NCBI GenBank assembly: GCA_043228905.1
Contig: JBHGNT010000009.1
Span: forward strand, 6,696,001-6,760,000
Reading direction: 5' to 3'
From: Azolla caroliniana
Lineage: Eukaryota; Plantae; Polypodiophyta
Length of the DNA: 64,000 nt
The notes beneath the pieces were generated by a model. That model saw only the letters and a list, made by a program, of their open reading frames with translations. It made no database searches and had not been told where the DNA came from. Each line of letters starts with the position of its first letter. The first letter of the stretch is position 1. Below are positions 38,501-51,800 of the stretch, piece by piece. The translations under genes were made by a program, and so were the position numbers.

Positions 38501-41189
38501 GGTCAATGCAAACTCGCGATCCATGAAACAAGAATTGGATCAAGACATCAAATCTATTCTCATGGCATGGGTTATTAGGCTTAGTACTTAAGTTATTTGA
38601 AGTGATAGTAGAACTCGGGGTAGGGTTGTCATGTTTCCAAAACTAGCTTGAAACCACCTCTTCATGACATAAGGTAGACCGAGGACAATGGGATTCTCAG
38701 GACTATGTATGATATGGAATGAGATGACACAAGCTAAATCACCGAGAACTACACAAACTAATTCAGACTTTTCAATTATGTCTCAAGAGGCAATGGGTTG
38801 ACCATCTATGACTATGACTGATACTGGACAATGCAATGGTTTTAATAAGATATTATGTGTCAAGGCAAAATTTCGGTCCATGAAACAAGAGTTGGCACCT
38901 AAATCTAAGAGAGCATATGTGAAGACCTGATGACATCTAGAGGTACTAAGCTCAACTTGTGCCGCAAAAACCCTATTAACTTGGTTCGATGGAATGGAAC
39001 CATTACTATGGATTGACTTTGCATATTTTGGGTTATCAAACCAAATGGCTCCTATTTTGGTTGGATTTACTCATTTAACACCTCATCTAGTTGGCTAAGT
39101 ACTTCAAAACGATTTGAAGGTGTAGGGGTACTAGGATTGCTAGATGCATTTGGAGAGTCGAGATCCAATTTAGTACTAGCACTTACTTGGTAAACTTGAC
39201 GCCTAAGTCGATGAGGACAATTTATCACTATATGTCTTGAACCACCACAATATAAACATAGGCAGTTCACTCGACGTCTCTACTTCTCAGTTTTTGTTAA
39301 AGGTCCTCGACGACGTCTACAATAGATTTCTATTGGAATAGGGCCACTTATTGGGGTAGAAATAGGGACTTGCATAGTTCTAGATGTAGGTTGTGATGTC
39401 ACCGACACATATGTCTGCTCTGATTGAGGTTGAGACTATTGTTGACTCTCAGAGCGTGACTCGAGTAATAACATTGGGACATTTAAAATAGGTAATATGT
39501 CGCATTTCCTTATTGATAATTATGTGAGATGTGAAGAATTACCTTTTTGGAAAGAGCTTTCAAGAACCTATCACTCATTCGTACATGATTTTTAAAGATA
39601 CCACTCAAAAATGCAGTTAATATTTTGAAGATTAAAAATATAATCGACATTTTTTCAATTCAAATACAAATTTATCCGATTCTAAGATAAGATGACAGGA
39701 ATGCATCCAATTATAATTGTAATATGCTTCATTGTACATATAAGTTAAATTCGAATCCAAATTAACAAATTTAGAAGTTCAATTTTGTTACTATATTTGT
39801 CTCTAAAACTTATAAAGATTGTTACTACAAACATTATATGTCAATCATACATGAACAACGTGAATGCATTATCATATGACCAACCATCTTGACTTAATAT
39901 TATTGTTTTTACTCAAAACTAGTTTACCAAGATTAATGACAACATAAATCATAGAATAAACACTAAGTTCAATTATATTAATCGAGAAACAATTATAACC
40001 AACATTTGTCATACAATCGTTAAGTTAAAATCATATGTTCAATAGAAATTATACTTAACCACATACTCTACAAGTCAACCTTTGTAACATATGATAGACA
40101 CATTGAGTTCGAGACACCAATAGGATAGATTAAATAAATTAAACTCAAACTAAAAGCTCATATACGGGTCGAAGCATGCTACGATGTACCAAGTTTTGGC
40201 AAAAAATTTAGTACTAAATCGAGGAAGAAAATAAACATAAAAAATTGAAAATAAAACAATTAGTGCAGAAAATAGTGGATTATCATCCATTGAATGAGGT
40301 TCAAATTCAAATAACAAATTCAATACGAATATACAAAGATATTATACGTCACAATCGAAGTGTCGCAAGGCCGTATTTAATACATTAACTATAACTTCAT
40401 TCTCGTAGGTAGAGCTGTATGAAAGTAGGCCTAGAGAAGGTTTCGAATGTGTCAGTTGGTAAGTCTCTCTCACTCTCTCTCTCTCTTTTGTCTCAAAGTT
40501 GCCAGTCAGACAGTGGCAAAAAGTTAGAAATCAAACACATATTTATTACCTATCTCTCTCTTTCTCTCTTGCTCTCTCTCACTCCACCTTCGATTCTTTG
40601 TTTCCCCGTGTAATTCTTGTTGTGTTCCCTTTGTGCCTGATTTTTGTTGTTTCCCTACGATCTCTGAACTCTGCATATGAAGAGATTGTTGTTTCCCCTC
40701 TATGCTCGTTGTTCTTGTTGTTGATGTGCTTTCTCTGTGTATGCTCGTTTGTCTCCTTTGTAGCAACCTCGTCAATAACCTCTTGCATATAGGTGATTTT
40801 CTCAGCTTAGTGTGCTCCGAAGGTGAAGAAATCAACATGGTGTGGTACCTCTGCCTTGGCCTTGGCTTCATCTGCCTTCGACCCATTGTTCCATCTGCAA
40901 CTTGTACGACCTCCAGGTATTCTCTGTGCTACATTTTTAGGGTTTGATTATTCATATTCTATGTGTTGCATGCCCAATTGGTATGTTTTCATTTTCTTTG
41001 TTTTTCCTGTCCGTCTGTTTTTATTTTGTGTGTGTTTGACATGGATGAGTTTTTTTACGACTGTTTAGGGTTTTTGTGTGCTTGACATGGCTTGTACATG
41101 CAACTTAGATTGAGTTGGCTATGATGATTTGATGGTTGTTTATGGTATTTTGATGAGTTTTCTTCTTGTACATGCATATTCTTTCAACA

Positions 41190-44100
41190 AGAATAGTGAA
41201 GACTAGGACAATGACGAGAAGGACACCCATAAAGAAGACATTGGTGAAAGAGAAAATGAAGACACCAATGAAGGAAAGAAAAAGGACACCTATCATAGAA
41301 AGCAAGAAGACACCCACAAGAGAAAGGGTGATGAACTCATCAACTCAGAGAAAGAAGATGTGCCATTCCATCATTCGAGACACACCTCTCGAATGGTGTT
41401 ATTTCCTTCGAGCATGACCTGAAGTTTATGAAGAGCTGAGAGAGTGGTTGATAAAAACCTGGGGGTCACCACATCCCGATACAAGGCGAGGATTCCACAT
41501 AAGTGGATTGAAGAAGGAATATGTGAACTTATTGAAGACGAGATATGAACATGTTTATGATACTAATCAAATCTGTAACAATGAGGTGGGTAGTGTTTTT
41601 TGCCAGGAACTACGCGCTCCCGATGAACAACGCTCGGCCACAACCAAGCTTAGAATCAAACACAGAAAAAACGGGAATAAATGCACGACACAATGGAGAG
41701 AAGAGTACACAGGATGTTAACGTGGAAAACCCAAACTAGGGAAAAACCACGGCAGCCCACAGACTGCAAACTATCACTATGTAACAATAATTACAACAGA
41801 GAGCTCATGGAGACAATGACCTTGTGCTCATGATCTTCGCCACAGGTGGCAGTTACAACAGAGGCAACGCCCTCTTTGTTTCTTTCTCTCTCTCACTCTC
41901 TATACACTGTTGCGCTCTAATCTTGCACCTACAAGAATGACAACAACAACCTTTTTCTCTGTTTGCCCTAAGTCATATTTATACTAATATGACTTTTCGG
42001 CTATTTACAAATATAGCCCCGATGGACTCTCAGAAACATATTTACAAATATGTCCCTTCATCTGGTGAGCACTTCTCACCGGGCCTTCATCATCCGGCTC
42101 TTGCCGGGTACTCCTCATCCGGTTCTCACCGGGTCTTCCGTAGCTGGGTACTCCTCATCCGATTTTCACCGGGTCTTCTGTTGCCGGGTACTTCTCATCC
42201 GGTTCTCACCGGGTCTTCTATTGCTGGGTACTTCTCACTTCCCATCCGGAGAGACCTGTTTCCTAACAAACTCCCCCTTCACTCCGGCATGGGAGGTCTT
42301 ACTACTTTGATCCGCTTCCGGCATGCATCCAGCTTGTCGGGTATCAGTACTTTGGTCAGCATATCTGACCCGTTCTCGGCCGTGTGGATCTTCGTCAGCG
42401 CAAACTCCTGGTCATCTACTCTTTCCCAGATCCAGTGATACCTTCGCTGGATATGCTTTGTCTGGGAATAGTAGGCCGCATTCTTAGCAAGGTGGATGGC
42501 ACTTTGATTGTCGCAATACAGCCGGTATTCATCTTGCCAGATACCGAGCTCTTTGATGAAGTCCTTCATCTATAATATTTCCTTGCCGGCTTCAACAACT
42601 GCCATCTACTCCGCCTTTGTAGTTGACAATGCAACCGTCTTCTGCAGCCTCGACTGCCACGAAACAACTCCCCCTGCATATGTCATTACATACCCGGATG
42701 TAGACTGACTGGTATCCTCATCAACCGACATGTCCGAATCGGTAAAACCGTCAAGTTAAGGTTTTCTGGAGCCAAATCGGAGACACATATTTGAAGTGCC
42801 CTTCAAGTACCAGAGTATCCATTTGACCGCGTTCCAGTGCTCCTTGCCGGGATTGCTCATAAACCAGCTCACCACTCTGACTGCGTATCCTATATCCGGT
42901 CGGGTACACAACATTGCGTACATTAAGCTCTCGACGGCAGAGGCATATGGAACCTTCATCATATCCGCCTTCTTTGCTTTCGTCTTCAGGCTTTGCTTAC
43001 CGGATAACCTGCAGTTTGCAGGAAGTGTTGATCCGACCGGTTTCGCATTTGACATGTTGAACCGCTGAAGCACCTTTATCACGTATTTCTCCTGTGACAG
43101 CCACAGTTGCTTCGTTGGTCGGTTCCAGATGATATGCATCCCCAACATCTGTCTCGCTGGACCCAAGTCATTCATTGCGAAATTTCGGTTGAGAGCCTTT
43201 TTCAGCATCCGTACTCTAACTTGGTCCCGTCCGACGATCAACATGTCGTCCACGTACAAAAGGAGTATCAGGAAGTCCCCTCCTTCGAACTTCTTCACAA
43301 ACACGCAATGATCGGCCTGCGTCTTGTGGTACCCTTGATCGGTCATGAAGGAGTTGAACTTCCGGTACCATTGTCGGGGAGCCTGCTTCAGTCCGTACAG
43401 GCTCTTCTTCAACCGGCATACCAGGTGCTCCTTCCCTTTCTCCACGAATCCTTCCGGTTGCTACATGTAAATCTCCTCTTCGAGGTCACCGTGAAGGAAT
43501 GTCGTCTTCACGTCCAGCTGCTCTACCTCAAGGTCCATGCTTGCCGCTATACTCAGCACTGTCCGGATGGAGGTCATCTTTACTACCGGGGCAAATATCT
43601 CGTCGAAGTCCACGCCCTTCTTCTGCTGGAACCCCTTCACCACGATCCTAGCTTTGTATCTCGGGGGGTTGCCGGCATCTCCTGGTTTCAACTTGTACAC
43701 CCACTTGTTTCGGAGTGCCCGCTTTCCTTTCAGCAACTCCACCAATTCGTACGTATGGTTCTCATGCAGGGAATCCATCTCATCCTACATGGCACTTAAC
43801 CATTTGCGGCCGTGGGTGTCATCCTTCGCCTCTACGAAGCTTTCTGGCTCCCCCTCATCGGTTAGCAGCACATGCTCTGCATCCGGAAATCTCTGAGGGT
43901 CCCTTCTCTCTCTGAGAGGATATCTCCATCTTTGGGGTTTGGTAACCGGGCCCTCCATTTGCTCTTCATCCGAATCTAATTCGGGGTCTTGGCCGGTTCC
44001 GGTTTCAACTTCCTCTACTTCTTCTTTTGCCGGTTCGGTTTCTCACTGTAACTGGCTGGTTCCTCGAGTGTCAACCGGCTCTTAGCCGGGTGTGTCCGAA

Positions 44101-47100
44101 TCTCATCGGAGTGCATTATCTTCTTCTCCGACTCCCAATCGGCAAGAGTCTTGTCCTCCATGAAGATAATATCTTGACTCCGGAATACCTTCTTATCGAC
44201 CGGGTCCCACACTCGGTAGCCGAACTCATCGTCGTCGTAACCAAGGAATATGCATGGCTAGGTCTTTGGATCTAACTTTCCTCTCCGGTCCTTAGCAACA
44301 TGCACGTACACGAGTCACCCGAACACCTTCAGATGCCGGTAGGACACTTCCTTACCGGTCCACACCTTCTGCGGCGTGTCTCCATCCAAGGGCACTGGGG
44401 TGATCTGTTTATCACATACGTCGCTGTCGACACCGCCTCAGCCCAAAACGTCTTGGGTAATTTTGCATGCGCCAACATACTCCATACCCTCTCCATTACG
44501 GTCCGGTTCATCCTCTCGGCCAACCTGTTTAGTTCCGGCGTCTTCGGCACGGTAAATTCGAGCCAGATTCCCTTCGAGCGATAGTACTCCTCAAACTGCC
44601 CTCGTTATTCACCTCCGTTATCTACTCGAACCGCCTTCAGCTTCCGGCCGGTTTCTCTTTCCACTCTCGCGTGGAGCTCTTTGAATACGGACAACACCTA
44701 ATCCTTCGTCTTCAACGGTGTCGCCCACAGCTTACGGTTGTGGTCATCTATGACTGTCACGAAGTACTGTGATCCGGCATGTGACTTCGTGTCCACTTGA
44801 CACACATCAGTATGCACCAACTCTAGTGGTGCATTACGTCTCATTGGTGGCCTTGTTCGGAAGGAGGTCCGGTTTTGCTTACCGGCCAGACAATCAGTGC
44901 ACTTCTCCAAGTGCACGTTCTTCATTGGAATGAGGTTGTCGTCTGCAAGCCTCTTCATCCCCTTCTCGCTCATGTGACACAGCCTCTTGTGCCACAGCTC
45001 ACCGGTAGTGTCAGAAGCCATGTTCACTTCTTCCGGGCATAACCGGGCATTCATCAGGTACAACGTGTTTACCTTCCGGGCCCGAGCCACAATCAGGCTC
45101 CCTTTGCTGAACTTCATAACACCGTTCCGGATGCTACCCATGTAACCTTCATCATCTAGCCGACCGACTGATATCAGGTTCAGACGAACCTCCGGAACGT
45201 GTCAGACATCCTTCAGCAGCAGCTTGCATCCGGTTGGTGTTGTCATCATCTAGCCGACCGACTGATATCAGGTTCAGACGAACCTCCGGAACATGTCAGA
45301 CATCCTTCAGCAGCAGCTTGCATCCGGTTGGTGTTGTTGCTCCTATGTCGACAATTCGGCATGTACCTTCATTCCCCATCCGAACACAACCGTGATCACC
45401 GGCTGAGTAGGATGAGAAGCATTTCCGGTCCGGGGTAAGGTGGAACGACGCTCCGGAGTCGACCACCCAGGTCATCTCGTTGCCGCCAAGGTTTAGCTCA
45501 CTCTCCTCGGTGATGAGCATCAACTCTTCTTCACTTGCCCCGATTGCCGTCGTTCCCTTCCGGTCCGGCCCCCTCCGGTCTTTACCGTTCCGGTCCGGTG
45601 TCCACTTCGAATCGGTACCGTCGATTTCCTTGTCTTTTCGGAAGTGCCAACAGTTCTTCTAGAAGTGTCCCGGCTTGCCATAATAGAAGCAAGTAGGCCT
45701 CCCCCTTGACTTTGACCGTGTCCCTGACTTCTCCCGGTTCTGGGGAGTACGATTCCTTTGTCTTCACCGTTCCGATTCGGTAAGGAGCGATTTGGAATCG
45801 GAGCTCGTATCCTTGTCTTTCCGATGCGCCTCCTCATCTAGCAAGCTCGACTTCACTCTTGCTAGGGATAACCGTTTCCCTTCCGGCCCGGCGTTGCCCA
45901 AAGTGACAACCAACGTCTCCCAGCTATCCGGGAGGGAACCAAGCAGGAGTAGCGTTAGTACCTCATCGGCGAGACGTACTTCCAATGATGTTGCCTAGTG
46001 TATCAGCCCTTGGAAGGCATTCATGTGCTCTGCCATGCTGGAGCCATCTTGGTACCGGAGTCTTACTAGCTTCCGGAATACCAAAACCTGGTTAACAACA
46101 TTTTTGTTCTGAAACATAATGTTGATCTTCTCCCAGAGCTCATGAGCCTTGCTCTCTTCATTGAAGTTGTTGTATAGACTCATGTCGATGAAGCACCGTA
46201 TGTACGCCGTTGTCTTCATGTGCATCACCTCCCATATCGTGGCGACGATTTTGTCCGGTCTCTTGTCCCCGAATTGAACCGGCAACCAAAGATCTTTAAC
46301 CATGAGCATGTCCCTCATCTTCGACTACTTCCACACTGAATAGTTGGAGCCGGTGAGCTTGAACATGCCGCCCAACGATTCGTCCATTTTCTGTGTCATT
46401 TCGCTCTGATACCACTTTGCCAGGAACTACGCGCTCCCGATGAACAATGCTCGGCCACAACCAAGCTTAGAATCAAACACAGAAAAAGCAGGAATAAATG
46501 CACGACACAATGGAGAGAAGAGTACAGAGGATGTTAACGTGGAAAACCCAAACTAGGGAAAAACCACGACAGCCCACAGACTGCAAACTATCACTATGTA
46601 ACAATAATTACAACAGAGAGCTCATGGAGGCAACGACCTCGTGCTCACAATCTTCGCCATAGGCGGCGGTTACTACAGAGGCAACGACCTGTTTGTTTCT
46701 TTCTCTCTCTCACTCTCTATACATTGTTGCGCTCTAATCTTGCGCCTACAAGAATGACAACAACAACCTTTTTCTCTGTTTGCCCTAAGTCATATTTATA
46801 CTAATATGACTTTTCAGCTATTTACAAATATAGCCCCGATGGACTCTCAGAAACATATTTACAAACATGTCTCTTCATCCGGTGAGCACTTCTCACCGGG
46901 CCTTCATCATCCGGCTCTTGCCGGGTAGTCGTCATCCGGTTCTCACCGGGTCTTCCGTAGTCGGGTAGTCGTCATCCGGTTCTCACCGGGTCTTCCATAG
47001 TCGGGTACTCCTCATCCGTTTCTCACCAGGTCTTCCGTTGCCGGGTACTTCTCATCCGGTTCTCACCGGGTCTTCCGTTGCCGGGTACTTCTCACTTCCC

Positions 47101-47981
47101 ATCCGGAGAGACTTGTTTCCTAACATTTTTGCACGTGCATTTGCATGTGAAGTTCAAGGTGACATCGACATAGTTCAGGGTCCCCCAATACCAACACTGG
47201 CTTGAAGTCATCGAGAACCTCTCATGTGGATATTCTGGCTACAACACCTATCCACCAAGTTCAATCTGCAAAGCTATAGGCCACAATGACTGAAAAGCAT
47301 GAACAGATGATTGCAGGTTGCATAGCTTCTATGAGCTCAAGAATACAAGCACTACTTGCTGATTTGGAAGCAGTTAAATCAGCTGAGATATAGGCATAAA
47401 AGCAATTCTCTTCAATAAAGACTACATATGAATGGATTGCATCAACAATCCAAAATTCCGAAAGTGAGGCGTTGAAAGAGGAGTTGAAGAAAGAGGTGAA
47501 AAATATGGGCACTCAATTAGGATCACAGATGAGAGACCTTGATACTTGCATAAATGCACATTGCGAACTAGATAATAAGTTGTCAGCTTTAAAGTTGCAT
47601 TCCGAGAACCTTGCGTGCTTGATGCAAGATTTAAAACAAAAAGGTTTTGAAACTTTGTGTCCATCTGTAATTGAGCACCCAAGTGGTATGGAAAGTACCA
47701 TTACTAGTATAGCTATATCATGGTATTGGCTTTAAAAGTTATTTATTTCTACGTCTGTGGTATAAATATCATATTAGCTAATATATTATAACTTGTGTTT
47801 GCAATCTGCCAGGTGTATATTTTATGGCCTCGGATTCAAGCTTGAGGCTATGGATGTTGTGATTACACCGTGCTTGCACACATATCATGTGCTATGTGCT
47901 AAGTATCATTTTGAGAAAGAAAATACATGTATGGACTGTAAAACTACAATTGCTGCTGAGTGGTACTATGCTTGGGGTTAG
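41190..47981 (+). pseudogene. Accessory RING-H2 gene of element 2, split by copia B, with stop codons
   Basis: Removing copia B joins YEHVYDTNQICNNEVGSVF to ARAFACEVQG; helical segment 47270-47690; RING exon RCIFYGLGFK..PCLHTYHVLC..CMDC..EW at ~47813-47981. The 5' boundary is approximate. Confidence 0.75.
41601..47125 (-). mobile_element. Full-length, decayed Ty1/copia element B (same lineage as A and D)
   Basis: LTRs 41601-42268 and 46418-47125 (TG..CA); TSD TTTTT; Met PBS 46403-46414; PPT from 42269; gag-PR-INT-RT-RNase H order (LLLYVDDMLI, YCDNQSAIHLAKN); 94-bp internal duplication at 45149-45336. Confidence 0.96.
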
Positions 47982-47989
47982 TATTATTT

Positions 47990-48830
47990 GTGTAATTTAG
48001 GAATTAGTTGTGTAGTACATTGTTCACGATTAGTACTAGTTATGTAATTTGGGAACAAGGTGTATAGTAAATTGCTGAAGATTAGTACAGTTTGTGTAAT
48101 TTGGAAATGAGGTGTGTCAAACACATATCGCGTTTAGTACTAATACTGTTGGTGTAATTAGTACTAGTTATGTAATTAGGTGTGTAGAACACATATCATG
48201 TTTAGTATTACTTGTGTGCAAAATACCACATTAGTACTAAAGTCCAATCTACATTTGTTGGATTAGATGTTAGTCCAATCTATATTACAACGTGCCTAGT
48301 ACTAGTGTTAGTACACACTATACTTGTAGTACATTGTTGACGATTAGTACTTAGCGAGTAGTACAATGTTCATAATTAGTACTAGTTCTGTACTTTACAT
48401 CCTTCAATAAATACTGATTTAGTACAGATACAACACACAGTACAATACAATGTGTCCATGGAGAGCACTCAACATGGACTAAAAGATCATTAGTACAAAC
48501 TCTTAAGAACGGCCAATACTATGAGTACAAGACGAGTACTTTACATCCTTCAATAAATACTGATTTAGTACAGATACAACACACAACACATTACAATGTG
48601 TCTGTGGAAAAAACTTCACATGGATTAAAAGATAATAAACACAGATTCACGTGACAGGATGGTACTATGTGATCAATTAAGAACACTTAACATAGTTACA
48701 AACATAATTAGTATGCATGCATCCGTTTGAATAGTACCGTGTTTGAATAGTTACAAACATAATTAGTATGCATGCACTAACACAAGAATTACTTCCTTAG
48801 ACATTGCATTATAAGTACTAAACATATGGA
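47990..48830. repeat. TAGTACTA/AGTAC-rich repetitive spacer between the convergent genes of element 2
   Basis: tagtact at ~48031, 48135, 48159, 48232, 48297, 48345 and 48377, among others; local duplications at 48390/48535 and 48694/48747. Confidence 0.75.
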
Positions 48831-48837
48831 TTAAAAA

Positions 48838-51800
48838 TTACCTGGCGATAAAGTAGAACGATCGTGCCACCTTAAACAACGAGGCAACACCATCAGACCA
48901 AACCCAATGATGGTTAAAGCCAAACCCTAGAGACAATAAATTTGCATGGTGAAGCTTAAAACAATGTTGAACAAATAGTGTATCATGCTTTTTATCATCT
49001 GAAATGTAAAATATTGATTTCTTATGTAACTCATCGTCTTGTCTCCAATAGCAAATATGTACAAGTATTGTACATTGATCATTGTACCAATGCATTGATT
49101 GAACCTCATTTTGAACTTTAAATGTATAGTTTTCTGCAAAGTCAATAACAGATACAATGACACCCGTTGGTAAGTTATTAATACATTCCTTGAACTGTGA
49201 ATTTTGCCAATAACTCCAGAAGTTATGTGGAATGAACTCGCCAAGTTGTTTCTTAAATTTTGAGACAAGGGTAGCAGCACATGTCTCCTTATATACTTCC
49301 TTGATACGCTTAGTTACAAGTCCCTTGCCAATATTTTCAGTCACATACTCTAAATATTTCCATTTCACAATATCAAGCTCTTGCCTACAAAATAATGGTA
49401 GTAGACAAACCTTACATGTTCTTAAAAGACATGTACGACGATGCCACTCACATGATGGTTCTTTTTCACAAACATAAGAGCTCCATAAGTCAGAAACGGA
49501 TACATAAGTCATGTTTTGTACATTACACCTATTATCCACCCCATTTGGTCTACAAACCTCACAAGTGCAAACACATAATTCCCCGTGTATACCCTTAGAA
49601 TCAGTATGCATTGCATTCACTCCAAGCCTTAACATGTCCATCTTCATGTGGTACACACAACAAAATGTATTCCTCTCATTTAATTTTCTAACATAATATG
49701 GTTTCAAACCTTGGAACTTGCGGAATCCAACGGTCAAGCTTGGATGTTGGTCTTTAAAGTTCATGTACAATTCAGCCTACATCAACCAATATATATAGCA
49801 AACATTAATATACATTTGGTCAAAACAAAAATTTATGGAATGTGAATTGATATGAAAAAATGGAATACCTCCGTCATCTCCAAGAAGTGTCAAGGGTGAA
49901 TCTAGTACTTACCCTGACTTATTCGTTGTCTACACACATCCTTCTTATTTGGTGAGACACGCATTGTCGCGTTATTACGCACGTGTGTGTGGAAGGGGCG
50001 GTACCACAGGGGGTCTCGGACGAGAGAGAAAAGGGATGCCAAGAAAACTGATACTGGGCCCTACCCGAATGCAACCGAACACGAGAGAGAGAGAGAGAGA
50101 AGAGGGAGAGCAAGCGCGCGACAACGACTCTTATGCATAGGAAGCAAGGGGTTGTGCTCCCAACACCACCAAATACGCCAACATGTACAAACAGATATGA
50201 GTATGTATATTACAAGTGAAGTGCTACAACCTAGCTTCGAGCCAAACCAAGGTAGTTTACAGCCGCAGTCTGAAGCCAAGCCGCCGATCGGGGAGCTCGT
50301 GGGCACGTTGCGTCGAGCGGGGTCTTGCACAAGAGACCGAGCAGAAGCAAACCCTTAACAAGAACGAACTCTCAACCCTCACGACGAGGAAGAAGGAGAA
50401 GAAAAGAAACTTCCAAGTTAAAACCGCCTAACCCTAATCTAATGGTATACCCCCTAACACAAAATGGGCAACCCCATACAAGAGACCCCTCCCTTCCTTT
50501 TATAGCCCAAGGAGGGAGAGACGTTACATTGTGGGATATATCCCATATTACATGGGATCCTCTATCCCAACTTTATTGCCTATTCGGTGCCAAAAAGGCA
50601 ACCCCCTAGCCCCTATGTTAATTCTGTACAAGGGTGGGTGCACACGGTGCACCTTGCCGATCCTTCCAACATTCTCCGATTTCTCACTGTGGACGGTTTT
50701 CTCCACGACATCCGCCCCCACCTAACCGCACATCCACCGGTATGCGCCAAAATAGACTCTTGTCGGAGAAGACCTGCCCGCACTTACCCTTCGTCCTCCA
50801 GATCGCCATTTGCTCCAAACCGGTCGTCCTCACTCTGGCACCTCCGTGTGCTACGCATTCCCCTTCCCGTGTTCGGCTCGGCCCACGCCAAACCCCGGTT
50901 TCGTTCTCTGCACGCGTCGTTGGCCCTCGCCCGGCCAGATCGTGCATTGCCGCTTCTCCGCATACTGGTGTCCTCCGCATCTGAGGAACACCCCGTACTA
51001 GCTCGCTTGGCCACTTTCGTCTTGCGCTGCTGGCACCGGTTTGGAGCCTTCCGCTTGCTGTCATCCCCTCGCCCCCACCAGCTTGTTATCTCGGGTTTGG
51101 CATGCCACGCCAGTCGTTGCCACTCCGACTAAGCCGCCGAGATTTCCGAAGCGGGCGTGGAGGATCCTTCTCAGGCCCTCAGTCTTGTTCCTGGTATCCA
51201 TCCCACGTAGTCCGTTTATGCGCGTGCGTGTTCTCGTTCCTAACACCTCCGTGTGCCGTCTTCCACCTTCCTTGTTCAACACCGCCTGTGCCGAACACCG
51301 TCCCTTACTCGTGCTTCACTTTGGCCCTTGATGGCCACACGCACTTCTTCGTTCCGCTTTCGGGTGTGCCCTTTCCGGCTCGGCACACCGCTCCTTAACC
51401 AGGTGTCCCCAACAGCTTACCGGAAGATCAGGTGCCCTTGCCACGTTCTGGCCCGCATCGCCTCCCTCGTTCTCGTAACGCCTTGGCCGGTCGGTGCTTC
51501 TGCTGTTGCCGCCTATGTCCCCTTGTCGTCACCTTCCATTACCCTCGGTCTCACATTGCCACGTCGGCCGAACATCCGGGGTCTCCGGGCAAGTGTGAAG
51601 GATCCTTCTCGAGCCTCCTTTTGTTGGGTCACTGACTCTCATACCAAGCGCATCTGATCTTTGTCTTGCAGACCCTGCCGGTCGGGTCTGTATCCGGTTC
51701 ATGGCCGCCTCGCCGGCCTCATACCTCCTTTCGTTCTACTTTCCGTCATCCGATCTCGTTCTCCTACCATCACCGCCCTTTCCTATAGGACTCACGTCGA

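Larger units (their letters stand above)
14290..39470 (-). mobile_element. Decayed Ty3/gypsy chromovirus (Tcn1-like) no. 2, split by copia A; own sequence 14290-15272 and 35593-39470; 5' end missing
   Basis: Gag knuckle CLYCGGSRHIVINC (~39225-39265), two protease copies (38256-38960), RT (37470-37820), RNase H (36847-37167), integrase (35926-36249). FQVGDRVWLL (~35600) continues as IKTT..C.KWDYQRFGP (~15250) across the copia insertion. Chromodomain ~14880-15050, PPT 14828-14837. Confidence 0.85.
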
